From Pseudobacteriovorax sp. (GTDB lineage: Bacteria > Bdellovibrionota_B > Oligoflexia > Oligoflexales > Oligoflexaceae), in the NCBI GenBank assembly GCA_050293845.1, contig JBNKNM010000081.1:1-21952 (forward strand): a stretch of 21,952 bases of DNA, written 5' to 3'. Both the position numbers and the translations under genes were made by a program. Below are positions 7,602-16,457 of the stretch, in pieces (the stretch's first letter is position 1; each line of letters begins with the position of its first letter). The notes under the pieces were generated by a model. That model worked only from the letters and a program-made list of their open reading frames with translations, was not told where the DNA came from and searched no databases.

Positions 7602-7674
7602 ACTCGTATACCTCATCATTAAGATGATTGTAGTCATCTAGTCGTTGACTACCTGTCTCCCTTTATTTTCAAAA

Positions 7675-7703
7675 ATTATAGATTAAATTTGATTAGATTT
7701 CAT
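7675..7703 (-). promoter_or_regulatory. Putative sigma70 promoter for the 2H phosphoesterase
   Basis: Minus strand reads ATGAAA-17 bp-TATAAT (perfect -10) in an AT-rich gap. Confidence 0.45.
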
Positions 7704-8329
7704 TCATTTTCAACAATGACACCACTTTGGAACAAAGGTGCATCCCCTGAAAAATATGGTCTACCAGAAAAACCATATATCCTAACATTGACGGCAAGAG
7801 CTGACCTTGCATTCCCAGAAAGACTAAATGCAAATGTGCCTTCGCCAGGTTCCTCGGCTCCCATCCTTAGATCTTTGATCGAAATATTGGCAGCATCCAG
7901 TCTAAATATAGGCTCATTGATTCTTAGTCCATGGATGATTACTCCAGGAACCGATGAGATTGTAATGTCTGGCTTATCAACAAGAATGGTTTCGGTCACG
8001 ATTTGATCTTTAAGAACAAGGATTTTCCCTGGTCCTTCCAATGACTGAATTGCCTCTGGTATAGATCCAAAATTTTCATCTCCAACAATTGCGTCATAGT
8101 CTGAATATCTGGACAGTCTTTTCACTGCATTGAAAAGCTGGATTTCGCTGCTAGGGTTAAGACTCTGTCCAGACTTTTGAACTAGGCCAACCAGCTCGTT
8201 CATTACACTGTTCAAGTACCTAGCCGTAATCCTAGTAGGAGGATGCCCTGAAGGAGATGGATCACCGTCACTAAATTGGAGTCTGCCATCTACTTCTATC
8301 GCGCCTTCGTCTTTTCTTATGATGTCCAT
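7700..8329 (-). CDS. Short tail fibre/spike-like protein: Mu gp49-type baseplate anchor plus the start of a beta-helix
   Basis: ITARYLNSVMNEL...SGQSLNP...QLFNAVKRL is a typical Mu-like fibre N-terminus. FGSIPEAIQSL...KILV...ETILVDKPDITI resembles a pectate-lyase-like cap. Located after gp48. Confidence 0.65.
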   Translation of the reverse strand: MDIIRKDEGAIEVDGRLQFSDGDPSPSGHPPTRITARYLNSVMNELVGLVQKSGQSLNPSSEIQLFNAVKRLSRYSDYDAIVGDENFGSIPEAIQSLEGPGKILVLKDQIVTETILVDKPDITISSVPGVIIHGLRINEPIFRLDAANISIKDLRMGAEEPGEGTFAFSLSGNARSALAVNVRIYGFSGRPYFSGDAPLFQSGVIVENE

Positions 8330-8826
8330 TCATTGTCCTCAAAGTATAGAAAGTTGAGATGGGCGTGGCCAATTCTATCAATGGTTTCTTTGATAGTTTC
8401 AATCTCTTCAGGGTTTACGCCAGATACGATTACAGTGTATTTCCAAGGATCATCAGCCAAATAGCTTCCACAAGTCATGCCGCATCTAGCTAGGGGAATA
8501 AACTCTATCTTTAGAGGAACCGAAGAAATCTGCCCAAGTAGCTGCTCGTAAGCTCCAAGGCTTTGGTCTGCAGTAGAAGATAACTTTCCCCGGATTTTAG
8601 CCGCATTGGGGTTTTCAATTTCTAGGATTTTCCCCCAGACATCCTTATAGGTTGATACGCGATCTACCATTTCCGTTACAAATATCTGCCTCGCGTAGTC
8701 CTCGATTCGCTGTAGAAAATTACTCGTTCCTTTTAAAAGATCCAATATCCAAGTATCACGCCAGATTTTTCCAGGTGGGAGACATGACTCTAAGGCGGTG
8801 AAATATTTTATCGAGAAGTCAGCCAC
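8317..8826 (-). CDS. Mu gp48-like baseplate wedge protein (YmfQ/DUF2313-like)
   Basis: N-terminal L-x-x-x-LPPG-x-x-W, ARCG-x-x-CG-x-x-L and C-terminal HAH. Located after baseplate J. Confidence 0.75.
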   Translation of the reverse strand: MADFSIKYFTALESCLPPGKIWRDTWILDLLKGTSNFLQRIEDYARQIFVTEMVDRVSTYKDVWGKILEIENPNAAKIRGKLSSTADQSLGAYEQLLGQISSVPLKIEFIPLARCGMTCGSYLADDPWKYTVIVSGVNPEEIETIKETIDRIGHAHLNFLYFEDNEWTS

Positions 8827-9887
8827 TTGATCTCCCCTAGGATTGCTATTTCGCCAGTGTCTACCGTGATGTTGCCTGTAGGACTAATAAGCGTGTGATC
8901 CTGCTCTCCTTCTGCGGTTGAGATGGCCTCTCTGATTTTAGATAATAGGATAGTGCCATCAGCGCGGTATGCACCTCCAACTTCCGCGGATCTGTAGAAT
9001 AGGTCAAGCAGTTCTTCTTTTACCTCGTTTTGTACAGATTCGGTATTAGGGGTAAGCCTTATCTCTGGCTCAATGATTTTGGCTTTAGGTGCGAATAGAT
9101 AGACATCTGCCGTAATGGGTGACCGCTCAACTAGGTATTCTTTCATGTCTTTAAAAGGCTTCGATTCTGGATCGGGAATAATATCAGCCTCAGCATCGAG
9201 GACGAAAGTCACTCCTACGGTTCCTGGCCCTCTATAATTTTTAAAGACCCAAGATCTAGTTACGCCGGGTATTTCTTGGGACCAGCTAATGTAATCGTGT
9301 GCAGCTCCGCCTTGCGGTGGATTCCGTAGTCGAAACAAAAGCCTAGACCTAAGTTCGGTGTCTTTTTCGGTATCCGTTCCTCCGCTAAATCCTTTTGATT
9401 CGGCTGTTGAGTTAACGCCTAGAATGGGGTTGATTAGAGAAAATGACACTCCGTCTTCTATATTGTGGTTGCTTCCAGGATCAATGGATCTTGCCTTTAC
9501 TATTGAACCGTCACTGTCTAGAGCAATGGCTTCGATAGTTTCAAACTCTAACCCCACCTCGTCTTGTAGCTTGCTCCCGATTGGAATCCTGGAACCTGCA
9601 GCCCCTTTGAAAACGACCTCACCTTCTGACTTAGTGGCTGGCTTTCGAAAGATTCCGTATATTGCACACCATCTTTCTAGGATCGTCCCAGCGGCGGCAT
9701 CTGGCAATATTGCTCTAGCAAGAGCATCAATGAATAGGTAGAGAAGTGATATCTGGGGAGCAATGGCTCTAGCCAGGATACTAGCCAATGAAAACCTTCT
9801 AGGTTTGCTCATGCCTAATTGCTGCCTTAAATCTTCATAGATCTCAGAGTAGGCTTCATCAAAGGATTTTTTTACGGGTGTAGTCAA
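8808..9887 (-). CDS. Baseplate J / Mu gp47 protein
   Basis: LPDAA...LERW...YGIFRKPAT, GGTDTEKD-x-ELRSRLL...PPQGGA-x-x-DY-x-x-W and RGPGTV motifs. TTG start. Confidence 0.92.
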   Translation of the reverse strand: MTTPVKKSFDEAYSEIYEDLRQQLGMSKPRRFSLASILARAIAPQISLLYLFIDALARAILPDAAAGTILERWCAIYGIFRKPATKSEGEVVFKGAAGSRIPIGSKLQDEVGLEFETIEAIALDSDGSIVKARSIDPGSNHNIEDGVSFSLINPILGVNSTAESKGFSGGTDTEKDTELRSRLLFRLRNPPQGGAAHDYISWSQEIPGVTRSWVFKNYRGPGTVGVTFVLDAEADIIPDPESKPFKDMKEYLVERSPITADVYLFAPKAKIIEPEIRLTPNTESVQNEVKEELLDLFYRSAEVGGAYRADGTILLSKIREAISTAEGEQDHTLISPTGNITVDTGEIAILGEIKWLTSR

Positions 9888-10218
9888 TTCTTAATCCTAT
9901 ACTTCTAATTTCGATGATTAAGGATGCTCTGTGGTAATAGGTTAAAATATCAATCCTATCCAAGAGTCCATCTTCAACTAGCCATGCCAGGGCTTCCTCA
10001 GAGTATTGCTTTGCTTTAGTTAGTGTTTCGCTATTGCCCTTCGATCTATCTAAAAGCCATAGTTTAGAGCCTAATCTTTCGTCGCCCCAATAGCCTCGTT
10101 TGTCTAATTCATCTGTTTCATCTTCGGTTGCTCTAAGATCGGAGAAAAGGCTAATTAGAATAGCTGTTGGTATTCCGCTATCTAAAGTGTCTGTTTCAAG
10201 TATGGAAATGTCACTCAA
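9859..10218 (-). CDS. Mu gp46-like baseplate protein
   Basis: AILISLFSD-x-RA, RGYWGD, GSKLWLL-x-RSK and EEALAWLVEDG. GAGGTG RBS before TTG 10218. Confidence 0.9.
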   Translation of the reverse strand: MSDISILETDTLDSGIPTAILISLFSDLRATEDETDELDKRGYWGDERLGSKLWLLDRSKGNSETLTKAKQYSEEALAWLVEDGLLDRIDILTYYHRASLIIEIRSIGLRIDYTRKKIL

Positions 10219-10426
10219 TCTTACCCACCTCAGTTGTGGTTCCCGATTGTGCCGCTGCTGATCCTGTTGTTTCAACTTTGATCCCTGCTTGGACTACAGC
10301 ATTTACCTTGATATAAGAGACAATGGCCTCTCCCACTGCCTCCCATAATAGGGCGTGATTGCCTTTGTCCGCAATACCATCGATTGCACCTTTAAGCTCG
10401 TTTCCTAGTTCTTTGCCATTCATCAT
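10211..10426 (-). CDS. Small hypothetical baseplate-region protein
   Basis: Fills the gap between gp45 and gp46 and overlaps both neighbours. Confidence 0.7.
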   Translation of the reverse strand: MMNGKELGNELKGAIDGIADKGNHALLWEAVGEAIVSYIKVNAVVQAGIKVETTGSAAAQSGTTTEVGKIE

Positions 10427-11040
10427 GATTTAAATTTCTCTAGCTTGGTTTTCACTGAAGGAAATTTCACACCTAATAATTTCATAGGTCCTAGCATTGT
10501 GTTGGTTGTTGCCGCTATGACTTCTGACATCCACTCAATGAGTAAGGCGGTTATGTCGTTAGTCCCGTCTGTGACCTTAAATTTCTGGGTTTCTATGGTG
10601 GTCTCTTTAGTCTTAATCGATAGCGACTTACTAGCTTGAAGGTCACAAGTCTCTGAATTTACGACAAAGGATTTCGTCGTTACCTCGATCTTTCGATCCC
10701 GTTTAAAAACAATAGAATCTCCCTCATCGGTGTAAATTGCTACCTCACCTTCCTCCAATCCCTTGAGCCGATACCTTTTATCATCGACACAGATGACCAC
10801 ACCATTACTCCGGACTCCACCATTAAATACTGCCACAGCCTGGGAACCGGGTTTTGGGTGAGAAGTGAATCCATAGTTTTGGTACCGGTCGATCTTATCG
10901 ACCAACTCATTTTTAAGAAGGGAAATCTGACACTGCTGAAGTCCATTATCATCTGTTATGGCTGCTATGACGGCCCTTCCAAGGATCATGTTTAGTCTTC
11001 GTCTTATAGGCGATAGTAACTTTTGAATTTCTTTAAGCAT
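10423..11040 (-). CDS. Baseplate central spike (Mu gp45 / gpV family)
   Basis: QNYGFTSHP-x-PG, GG-x-RS-x-GVVI and RYRLKGLEEGEVAIY motifs. Confidence 0.92.
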   Translation of the reverse strand: MLKEIQKLLSPIRRRLNMILGRAVIAAITDDNGLQQCQISLLKNELVDKIDRYQNYGFTSHPKPGSQAVAVFNGGVRSNGVVICVDDKRYRLKGLEEGEVAIYTDEGDSIVFKRDRKIEVTTKSFVVNSETCDLQASKSLSIKTKETTIETQKFKVTDGTNDITALLIEWMSEVIAATTNTMLGPMKLLGVKFPSVKTKLEKFKS

Positions 11041-12058
11041 TGGTATTTAACACCGGCGAGGGTTTGAAGGCATCTAACCTTGTTAATTCAATTGTGGTTT
11101 TTGTTCCTTCTTCGCTACTAAAGCTAAAATCAACGCCTGTAGAAAGCATATACGCTGATATTCCAAGGATAGGTGACTCGACCCTGATCAGCTCATTCAC
11201 ATCCCAAAGTATGCCTGGACTCTGCTCCCAGCCTTGAGTTTCGATACTTACTTTGAGCGATCGTGCGGCCCTAACGCTTGCTTCCCATTCAGCCAGGGCC
11301 TTTGCTTGACTGAATGATACGGAATTACTAGCAACTATTGATTTTGGCCTATGCCTATCAATTCCTAGATCTTTAGCACTACCGCTAACCTCTTCGGCTT
11401 CCTCTTCGTTCTGCTCTGGATTTTGGTTTTGACCTAGTACCAAGTATTCAGAGAATCGTTCCGTATTTTCGTAATCAGCGGAACCAGAAAGGATATTTTT
11501 TCCTTGTTTTAGTGCTCCCACAGCATAAGTTTCGCCAATCCTTGCAAGAGTTAGGTTTCCAAGTCCGTCTGGTCTAAGGAGGTATCCGTACAATCTCGAA
11601 TATCGCTCGAGCGATTCGTATATTGATTCCCCTGGATCTATCTTAAATGATGGAATTATATCGCTAGCTTGAGAGACTACGGGTATATCAAATTCAGCAC
11701 ATAGGGTTGAAGCAATCTGGGTAAGGGTTTGGCTTTTGAACTGTCCGTTGCCCGATGTAAGGGAACAGTCGACAAGATCCCCCGTATTGTCACGACCGGA
11801 AATATTTATTGAATGCTCTGACTTTGAAAAGCTAACACTTCGAGCGTCGATATATCCGGCTATTATCTGCTGGTTTCCTAGTTTTAGCCCTGCCTTATCG
11901 CCTTCTCTTATAGGAAGTTCTTTTAGCTCTCCTGAGTCCAGTCCAAAAATGGATAGATCAAATGAATTGGCAACAGCGTCTATTCTCTTGGAAACCGTTA
12001 CCTCATCCCAATATGGATAGATGGTTGATCCTATTTGAAGCTCTACCCTATTTGACAT
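11033..12058 (-). CDS. Baseplate hub / Mu gp44 (gpP)-like tail protein
   Basis: GYID, ISGRD-x-TGDLVDCS, GKNIL, ERFSEY and WE-x-x-x-RAARS. Start set at MSNRVEL, overlapping the upstream stop. Confidence 0.9.
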   Translation of the reverse strand: MSNRVELQIGSTIYPYWDEVTVSKRIDAVANSFDLSIFGLDSGELKELPIREGDKAGLKLGNQQIIAGYIDARSVSFSKSEHSINISGRDNTGDLVDCSLTSGNGQFKSQTLTQIASTLCAEFDIPVVSQASDIIPSFKIDPGESIYESLERYSRLYGYLLRPDGLGNLTLARIGETYAVGALKQGKNILSGSADYENTERFSEYLVLGQNQNPEQNEEEAEEVSGSAKDLGIDRHRPKSIVASNSVSFSQAKALAEWEASVRAARSLKVSIETQGWEQSPGILWDVNELIRVESPILGISAYMLSTGVDFSFSSEEGTKTTIELTRLDAFKPSPVLNTNA

Positions 12059-13256
12059 ATTCAATCCTTGTTCCTTGAGGAATAAGAGAAGGGAAGGAAA
12101 GTTGGTTCCTTTGTACGAGCTCGTCAACGTATTGAATCGATCCGTAAAGCCTATAGGAAAGTTGATAGACTGACATGTCGCGATCTAATGTGATCGAGGT
12201 TGTTTCTGGAAGCTGAAAAGATCCTGGGATTGATTCAAGCAAACTTGTTTTTAGAGCTAGGAGTGACCTATAGGTATTTATGGAATCCGTAGCTCTTAGG
12301 ACACTCTCAAGATTTCCGATGATTTCGTCGCGGATAGCAATGATGTCTCCGCTTCCGATTCGGGAGGCCGCTGTGTCGCCTGATCTTAGAAAGTCAGAAA
12401 GAAGGATGGCCGCTACTCCAATAGATCCAGCCCTAATTAGTCCCTCATATGCTTTCCTATTTGCTTGCTCCTTGCGCCTGGTCGCAGTGTTGAATAGACT
12501 TGGCTGTCCTTCAAGTTTCGTCTCGGATACTCCGGTAACAGCTCGTATCCCGTCAACCTTTCCAGAAAAGCTATTTCCTAGGGCTGTTATCGATTCCAAA
12601 GTGCGGCTTGCCAAAAGATCAGGAGAACGTACAAGTGATTTAGACTCTTGCTTAAGGCCGTTAACAGCTATGGATAGGTCCGATACAGATGATTGAATCG
12701 CACCGAGTCCATTTTTAGAAAGAACAAAATCTCCTGCCTTATCCACTAAGGAAGCTGCAGAGGCGACCACATAGGCTGGAGCTGAAAGTACGGAAAAGAC
12801 TTCCTCAAAATCTAAAATGATATTATCGATATAGTCCTTGGCATCGTCAATCAGCTCTAGAGCCTTATCGACAAAACCAAAGATACTATCCTTATCGCCA
12901 GCCTCGATAAATTCGAATCTCAGCCTTGCATAATTTCCATCTCTAAAGGATTCATCTACTTCAAACTCTAGACACTCAACACTTTTGATTCCAAGGTAGG
13001 GATGGATAAGTTTTCCGGGTCCAGGTTTCTCAACCGCTTTAATAAGCTGATCCCTAGTCAGGTCATAGTCATCACCAATTACGAACCCTTCGATTGGAAA
13101 GCGCTGGGTAGATTTTCCTGTGTCTTCAACGATTGGCTTTTCTGAATACGGAAACTCATGGACAATCTTATTGCGCCCAAACTTAGCTGGGGATCTTTTG
13201 ATATGAAATGCAATTCCCCTGAAAGACGCTTCTTGAAATCGTGTGTTCCAACTCAT
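12048..13256 (-). CDS. Mu gp43-like DNA circularization protein
   Basis: ASFRGIAF, GR-x-x-x-VHEFPY, GPG-x-L-x-HPYLG and C-terminal LSYRLYG...ELVQRN...P-x-x-IP-x-G. Confidence 0.92.
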   Translation of the reverse strand: MSWNTRFQEASFRGIAFHIKRSPAKFGRNKIVHEFPYSEKPIVEDTGKSTQRFPIEGFVIGDDYDLTRDQLIKAVEKPGPGKLIHPYLGIKSVECLEFEVDESFRDGNYARLRFEFIEAGDKDSIFGFVDKALELIDDAKDYIDNIILDFEEVFSVLSAPAYVVASAASLVDKAGDFVLSKNGLGAIQSSVSDLSIAVNGLKQESKSLVRSPDLLASRTLESITALGNSFSGKVDGIRAVTGVSETKLEGQPSLFNTATRRKEQANRKAYEGLIRAGSIGVAAILLSDFLRSGDTAASRIGSGDIIAIRDEIIGNLESVLRATDSINTYRSLLALKTSLLESIPGSFQLPETTSITLDRDMSVYQLSYRLYGSIQYVDELVQRNQLSFPSLIPQGTRIEYVK

Positions 13257-15703
13257 CTAGCACCGTCCATGGCAAAGCCCATATTGACTTTAAGGGGAAT
13301 GCTGCGACTTTGAGTTCTTGCAGCTACGCCTTTTGGAACGTTTTCAAAGTCGATGATGACCTTGACTTCCTTGTCGCCTTTTTGACTTCTCTCGCTAGAA
13401 TCAGGGCCAAATAACTTATGAACCTTGCCGCTATCAAGCTTGTGGTTTGATGCTTCTTTTAAAGATTCTAATGCTGGTGTGTCATCACCTACATATACAC
13501 CGTTTACATACTCTGTATTCCAGATCTTGCTCCCATCCTTAGAAAGATCGGCAAAGGATTGAATTCTGCCTTTAAAGAAATCACCTGGGCCAAACGGTTT
13601 GAGGCTTGCGGATTCGAAAGAAGATTTGGGAAAATCAATTTTAGGCTTAAGATCTATATTTTTCCCAAGTATCTTTTCATCAATGTCTATTTCTATAAAG
13701 TCATCAAGTAAAACTGGGCTTTCGAAAGCATCCGAAATCGTAGATCCCAAGTCCTCAATGAAGTCTGGAATCAGATCTATGGTCTGTTCTTCAATCTCCG
13801 CTTCAAAGGGTTGCTTATAGTTAAAGTCTATTTCTTGTGCCGGGATATTGTCAGTTAGCAATGGACCTTGGCCATATTTTATTGTGCGTGTTACTTCCTC
13901 ATTTTCGGGAGTTGGATAATCGGGGAGATCTTCTGCAATAGAAAACTCAATATACTTACCTGAAGGATCGATAAGAAAATTCATAATTCGTTTTATAGAA
14001 GGCATTATGGCATCAAACATACTCATGAACTTACCAATCGTGTCGCCGATAAACTTAGATACAGTGTTTGAGATATCGTTAAAGGCATCTTTTACAGCCT
14101 TCGTCGGATTGTCCCACATTGCTTCTAGGAAATTAGCAAACCAAAGAAGTGTCTTTAGGTATCCCACAAAATAGAATTTTAGAAACCCTAGAACAAGGTC
14201 AAAGTAGCCCCTAACTAGGTTGGCCCAGCCGTGGAATAGATCTACGAAAAACGTTGATATTACTTTCCAGTTTTTAACAACAAACCAGCCTATATAGGCG
14301 ATAGCTGCTATGGCTCCTACAACCAGACCTATCTTTAGAACTACAATCCCCAGAATCCCAATCAATGAAGTACCAAAGGCTGCCGCTGCAATGGACGCGA
14401 ACTTAAGGGCTACTATCGAGGTGGCAATTAATCCAATACCTGCCCCAATGCTAAGAAGTATCGGACCGATTATTCCAGCAATAACTGCCATAATAGTAGT
14501 TAGCTTCAATAGAGCTGGGTTTGACTTGGATAGTTTCTGAATGGTTTCGGCAAGCCCAAAGGTAACCTTTGCAAAAAAATCGAGTAGGCCACTTTCAGCA
14601 ATACTGATCTTTAAAGCCTCGATTGCGCTCTTGAAGGAGTAGATGGAACCTGTAGCACCCTTTTCAAACTCCCTTGCAAACCTTCGTGTGATACCTGTGG
14701 AATTCTCGATGGTATGTTGTAACTTGCGAATACCTTTACTGGCATTCAGAAATTGCATGAGGTATTTCCCTGGTTCCACTCCAAAAATAGCGTAAAAATC
14801 AGATGCCTTTGCCCCTGCCGTTTCGAGCTTTTCCAGAAGACCTACAAATGAGCCTAGCTTTCCATCGGGTGTAGTAAGCTCACTGGCATCTATATTTAAT
14901 AGGCTACTAATTCTCTCTTTAACGGCTTTTACTGGATTAACTAATCTAGATGAAGCAGTAGCCAAAGCCGTACCAATTGAGGATGGGTCAATATTCACAT
15001 CTCTTAATTTTCCAATAAGGGCAATAAGCTCTGAAAGTGGTACCCCAAGTTTATTAAAAGTACCTCCCGATTTGGCAAGGGCCTCCCCAAGCATCACAAG
15101 ATCCATTTTTGCATTGGCAAAGCCAGCGGTAAGCATGTCTGTCGTTTTGCCGATCTTACTCATGGGAATCTGGTAACTGCGAATCACACCTGACAAAATG
15201 TCTGCGGTTGCTGATAGTTCTTCCGTTGCAGCAGTCGCTAGATCGAGTGTGGCTGGCATAGATTTATAGATTTCACGGGCCCTGAAACCTGCCATTGAAT
15301 AAAATACCATGGCATTAGCTGCTTGGGTGGCAGAGTGCTTAGTCGTCGATCCAAAGTCTCTAGCTTGCTGCTTGAGTTTATGAAATAGATCGCCCTGGGT
15401 AAGAGTTTTAACCTTGGTCATACTGTGTTGGAAATCGGCAGCAGTTTGAATCGTACTGGCACCAAGGGCTGTCAAAGGTAGAGTTAGCCCTAGGGTTGCC
15501 GCAGTGCCAACACTTTTAAACTTATCGGAAAGCTTATCGAGGGAGGCAGTGTATTTTCTAACACTTTTTTGAGCCGTCCGAAAATTGTCATTGAGCCGGT
15601 TAATAGGCCGCGAGAGCTTTTCAAGCTTTCTATTAATCTTTTCTAGTTTTTCGGTAGCCCTGCCAACAACACGGATGGCAAAGCTAAGCTCCTTTTTGGC
15701 CAT
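13253..15703 (-). CDS. Tail tape measure protein (TP901 family)
   Basis: T-x-HSATQAA-x-AM, P-x-x-LDLATA and Ala/Ile-rich hydrophobic repeats. Located after the tail chaperone. Confidence 0.92.
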   Translation of the reverse strand: MAKKELSFAIRVVGRATEKLEKINRKLEKLSRPINRLNDNFRTAQKSVRKYTASLDKLSDKFKSVGTAATLGLTLPLTALGASTIQTAADFQHSMTKVKTLTQGDLFHKLKQQARDFGSTTKHSATQAANAMVFYSMAGFRAREIYKSMPATLDLATAATEELSATADILSGVIRSYQIPMSKIGKTTDMLTAGFANAKMDLVMLGEALAKSGGTFNKLGVPLSELIALIGKLRDVNIDPSSIGTALATASSRLVNPVKAVKERISSLLNIDASELTTPDGKLGSFVGLLEKLETAGAKASDFYAIFGVEPGKYLMQFLNASKGIRKLQHTIENSTGITRRFAREFEKGATGSIYSFKSAIEALKISIAESGLLDFFAKVTFGLAETIQKLSKSNPALLKLTTIMAVIAGIIGPILLSIGAGIGLIATSIVALKFASIAAAAFGTSLIGILGIVVLKIGLVVGAIAAIAYIGWFVVKNWKVISTFFVDLFHGWANLVRGYFDLVLGFLKFYFVGYLKTLLWFANFLEAMWDNPTKAVKDAFNDISNTVSKFIGDTIGKFMSMFDAIMPSIKRIMNFLIDPSGKYIEFSIAEDLPDYPTPENEEVTRTIKYGQGPLLTDNIPAQEIDFNYKQPFEAEIEEQTIDLIPDFIEDLGSTISDAFESPVLLDDFIEIDIDEKILGKNIDLKPKIDFPKSSFESASLKPFGPGDFFKGRIQSFADLSKDGSKIWNTEYVNGVYVGDDTPALESLKEASNHKLDSGKVHKLFGPDSSERSQKGDKEVKVIIDFENVPKGVAARTQSRSIPLKVNMGFAMDGAR

Positions 15704-15857
15704 CAAATACCTTTTGCGATTTCTTAGCGACTTCGAGCCAAAACTCTAATTCGGATTCCGTCATGGCCCAAAGTTCTGAGGGTTGAGTTCTGTTTATCCT
15801 GGTGAGGTATACGAAAGCGTCCTCATAGTTTAGACGCCACCTGCCAATGCGTTTCCC
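15684..15857 (-). CDS. -1 frameshift extension of the tail assembly chaperone (G-T / E-E' type)
   Basis: The -1 frame after G GGA AAC reads KRIGRWRLNYEDAFVYLTRINRTQPSELWAMTESELEFWLEVAKKSQKVFDGQKGA*, which contains the GpE-like PSEL-x-x-M-x-x-x-EL-x-x-W motif. Confidence 0.82.
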   Translation of the reverse strand, partial: GKRIGRWRLNYEDAFVYLTRINRTQPSELWAMTESELEFWLEVAKKSQKVFDGQKGA

Positions 15858-16075
15858 ACATATTCTAAGACCTTATTAACATCCTCCGCTCTAAGCTTAT
15901 TCATGACCGACTTATTCTGGTCACATAGTTTTTGAGCAATATCAAGAAGATCGCCTATGGACATGTTGGGCTTTACGCTTCGCATCTCTGCTGCTGTAAC
16001 TTCACGGAACTCCAGCTCATCTACTGTTCGTGTTCCAAATTCAATTGGATAAGATAGGGTGATTACGTTTTCCAT
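15830..16075 (-). CDS. Tail assembly chaperone (Mu gp41 / P2 E-like)
   Basis: ITLSYPI...ELEFRE...L-x-x-ED pattern. Lies between tube and tape measure. AAGGAG RBS before ATG 16075. Confidence 0.85.
   Translation of the reverse strand: MENVITLSYPIEFGTRTVDELEFREVTAAEMRSVKPNMSIGDLLDIAQKLCDQNKSVMNKLRAEDVNKVLEYVGNALAGGV
15851..15857 (-). other. Slippery heptamer GGGAAAC for programmed -1 ribosomal frameshifting
   Basis: X XXY YYZ in the correct phase (GTG GGA AAC) near the 3' end of the chaperone gene. Analogous to the lambda G-T site GGGAAAG. Confidence 0.82.
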
Positions 16076-16085
16076 CTCTGGCTCC

Positions 16086-16448
16086 TTAAATTGTAAATTC
16101 TTCTGTATCTGTGCCTTCATACTTTATGGCGACATTGCCATCCTCAGTACCCACATTGCCTTCCCCTGCCCAATGCGCTCCGGTAAGGATAAACACCTTC
16201 CCATTGGCAAGCTCTAGGGTGATTTCACCATCTTGGATGGATTGGAGAGCTTTAATATCTAAGTCCTTCGAATCGATGAGTTCGCCCTCGATCATGGGAA
16301 TATTTCTAGATGTCTTAAATCCTGCAATAGAACCATTCCCAGCAATTTGAGCTTCGTTTTTAATGGACCCATGATTGTATGTAAAACTTCCTTTGGCAGT
16401 CATAAGTCTGCCATTTATCTTTAGGTTAAAAAGTCCTGAAACTATCAA
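16086..16448 (-). CDS. Tail tube protein (Mu-like)
   Basis: P-x-IEGEL, ITLELANGK-x-F-x-L-x-x-A and terminal YEG. 120 aa directly after the sheath. GGAG RBS with TTG start. Confidence 0.88.
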   Translation of the reverse strand: MIVSGLFNLKINGRLMTAKGSFTYNHGSIKNEAQIAGNGSIAGFKTSRNIPMIEGELIDSKDLDIKALQSIQDGEITLELANGKVFILTGAHWAGEGNVGTEDGNVAIKYEGTDTEEFTI

Positions 16449-16457
16449 TTATGACTC

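Noticed and set aside
6091..8329. Diversity-generating retroelement or invertible tail-fibre cassette
   Set aside because: No reverse transcriptase, invertase, template/variable repeat pair or flanking inverted sites were seen.
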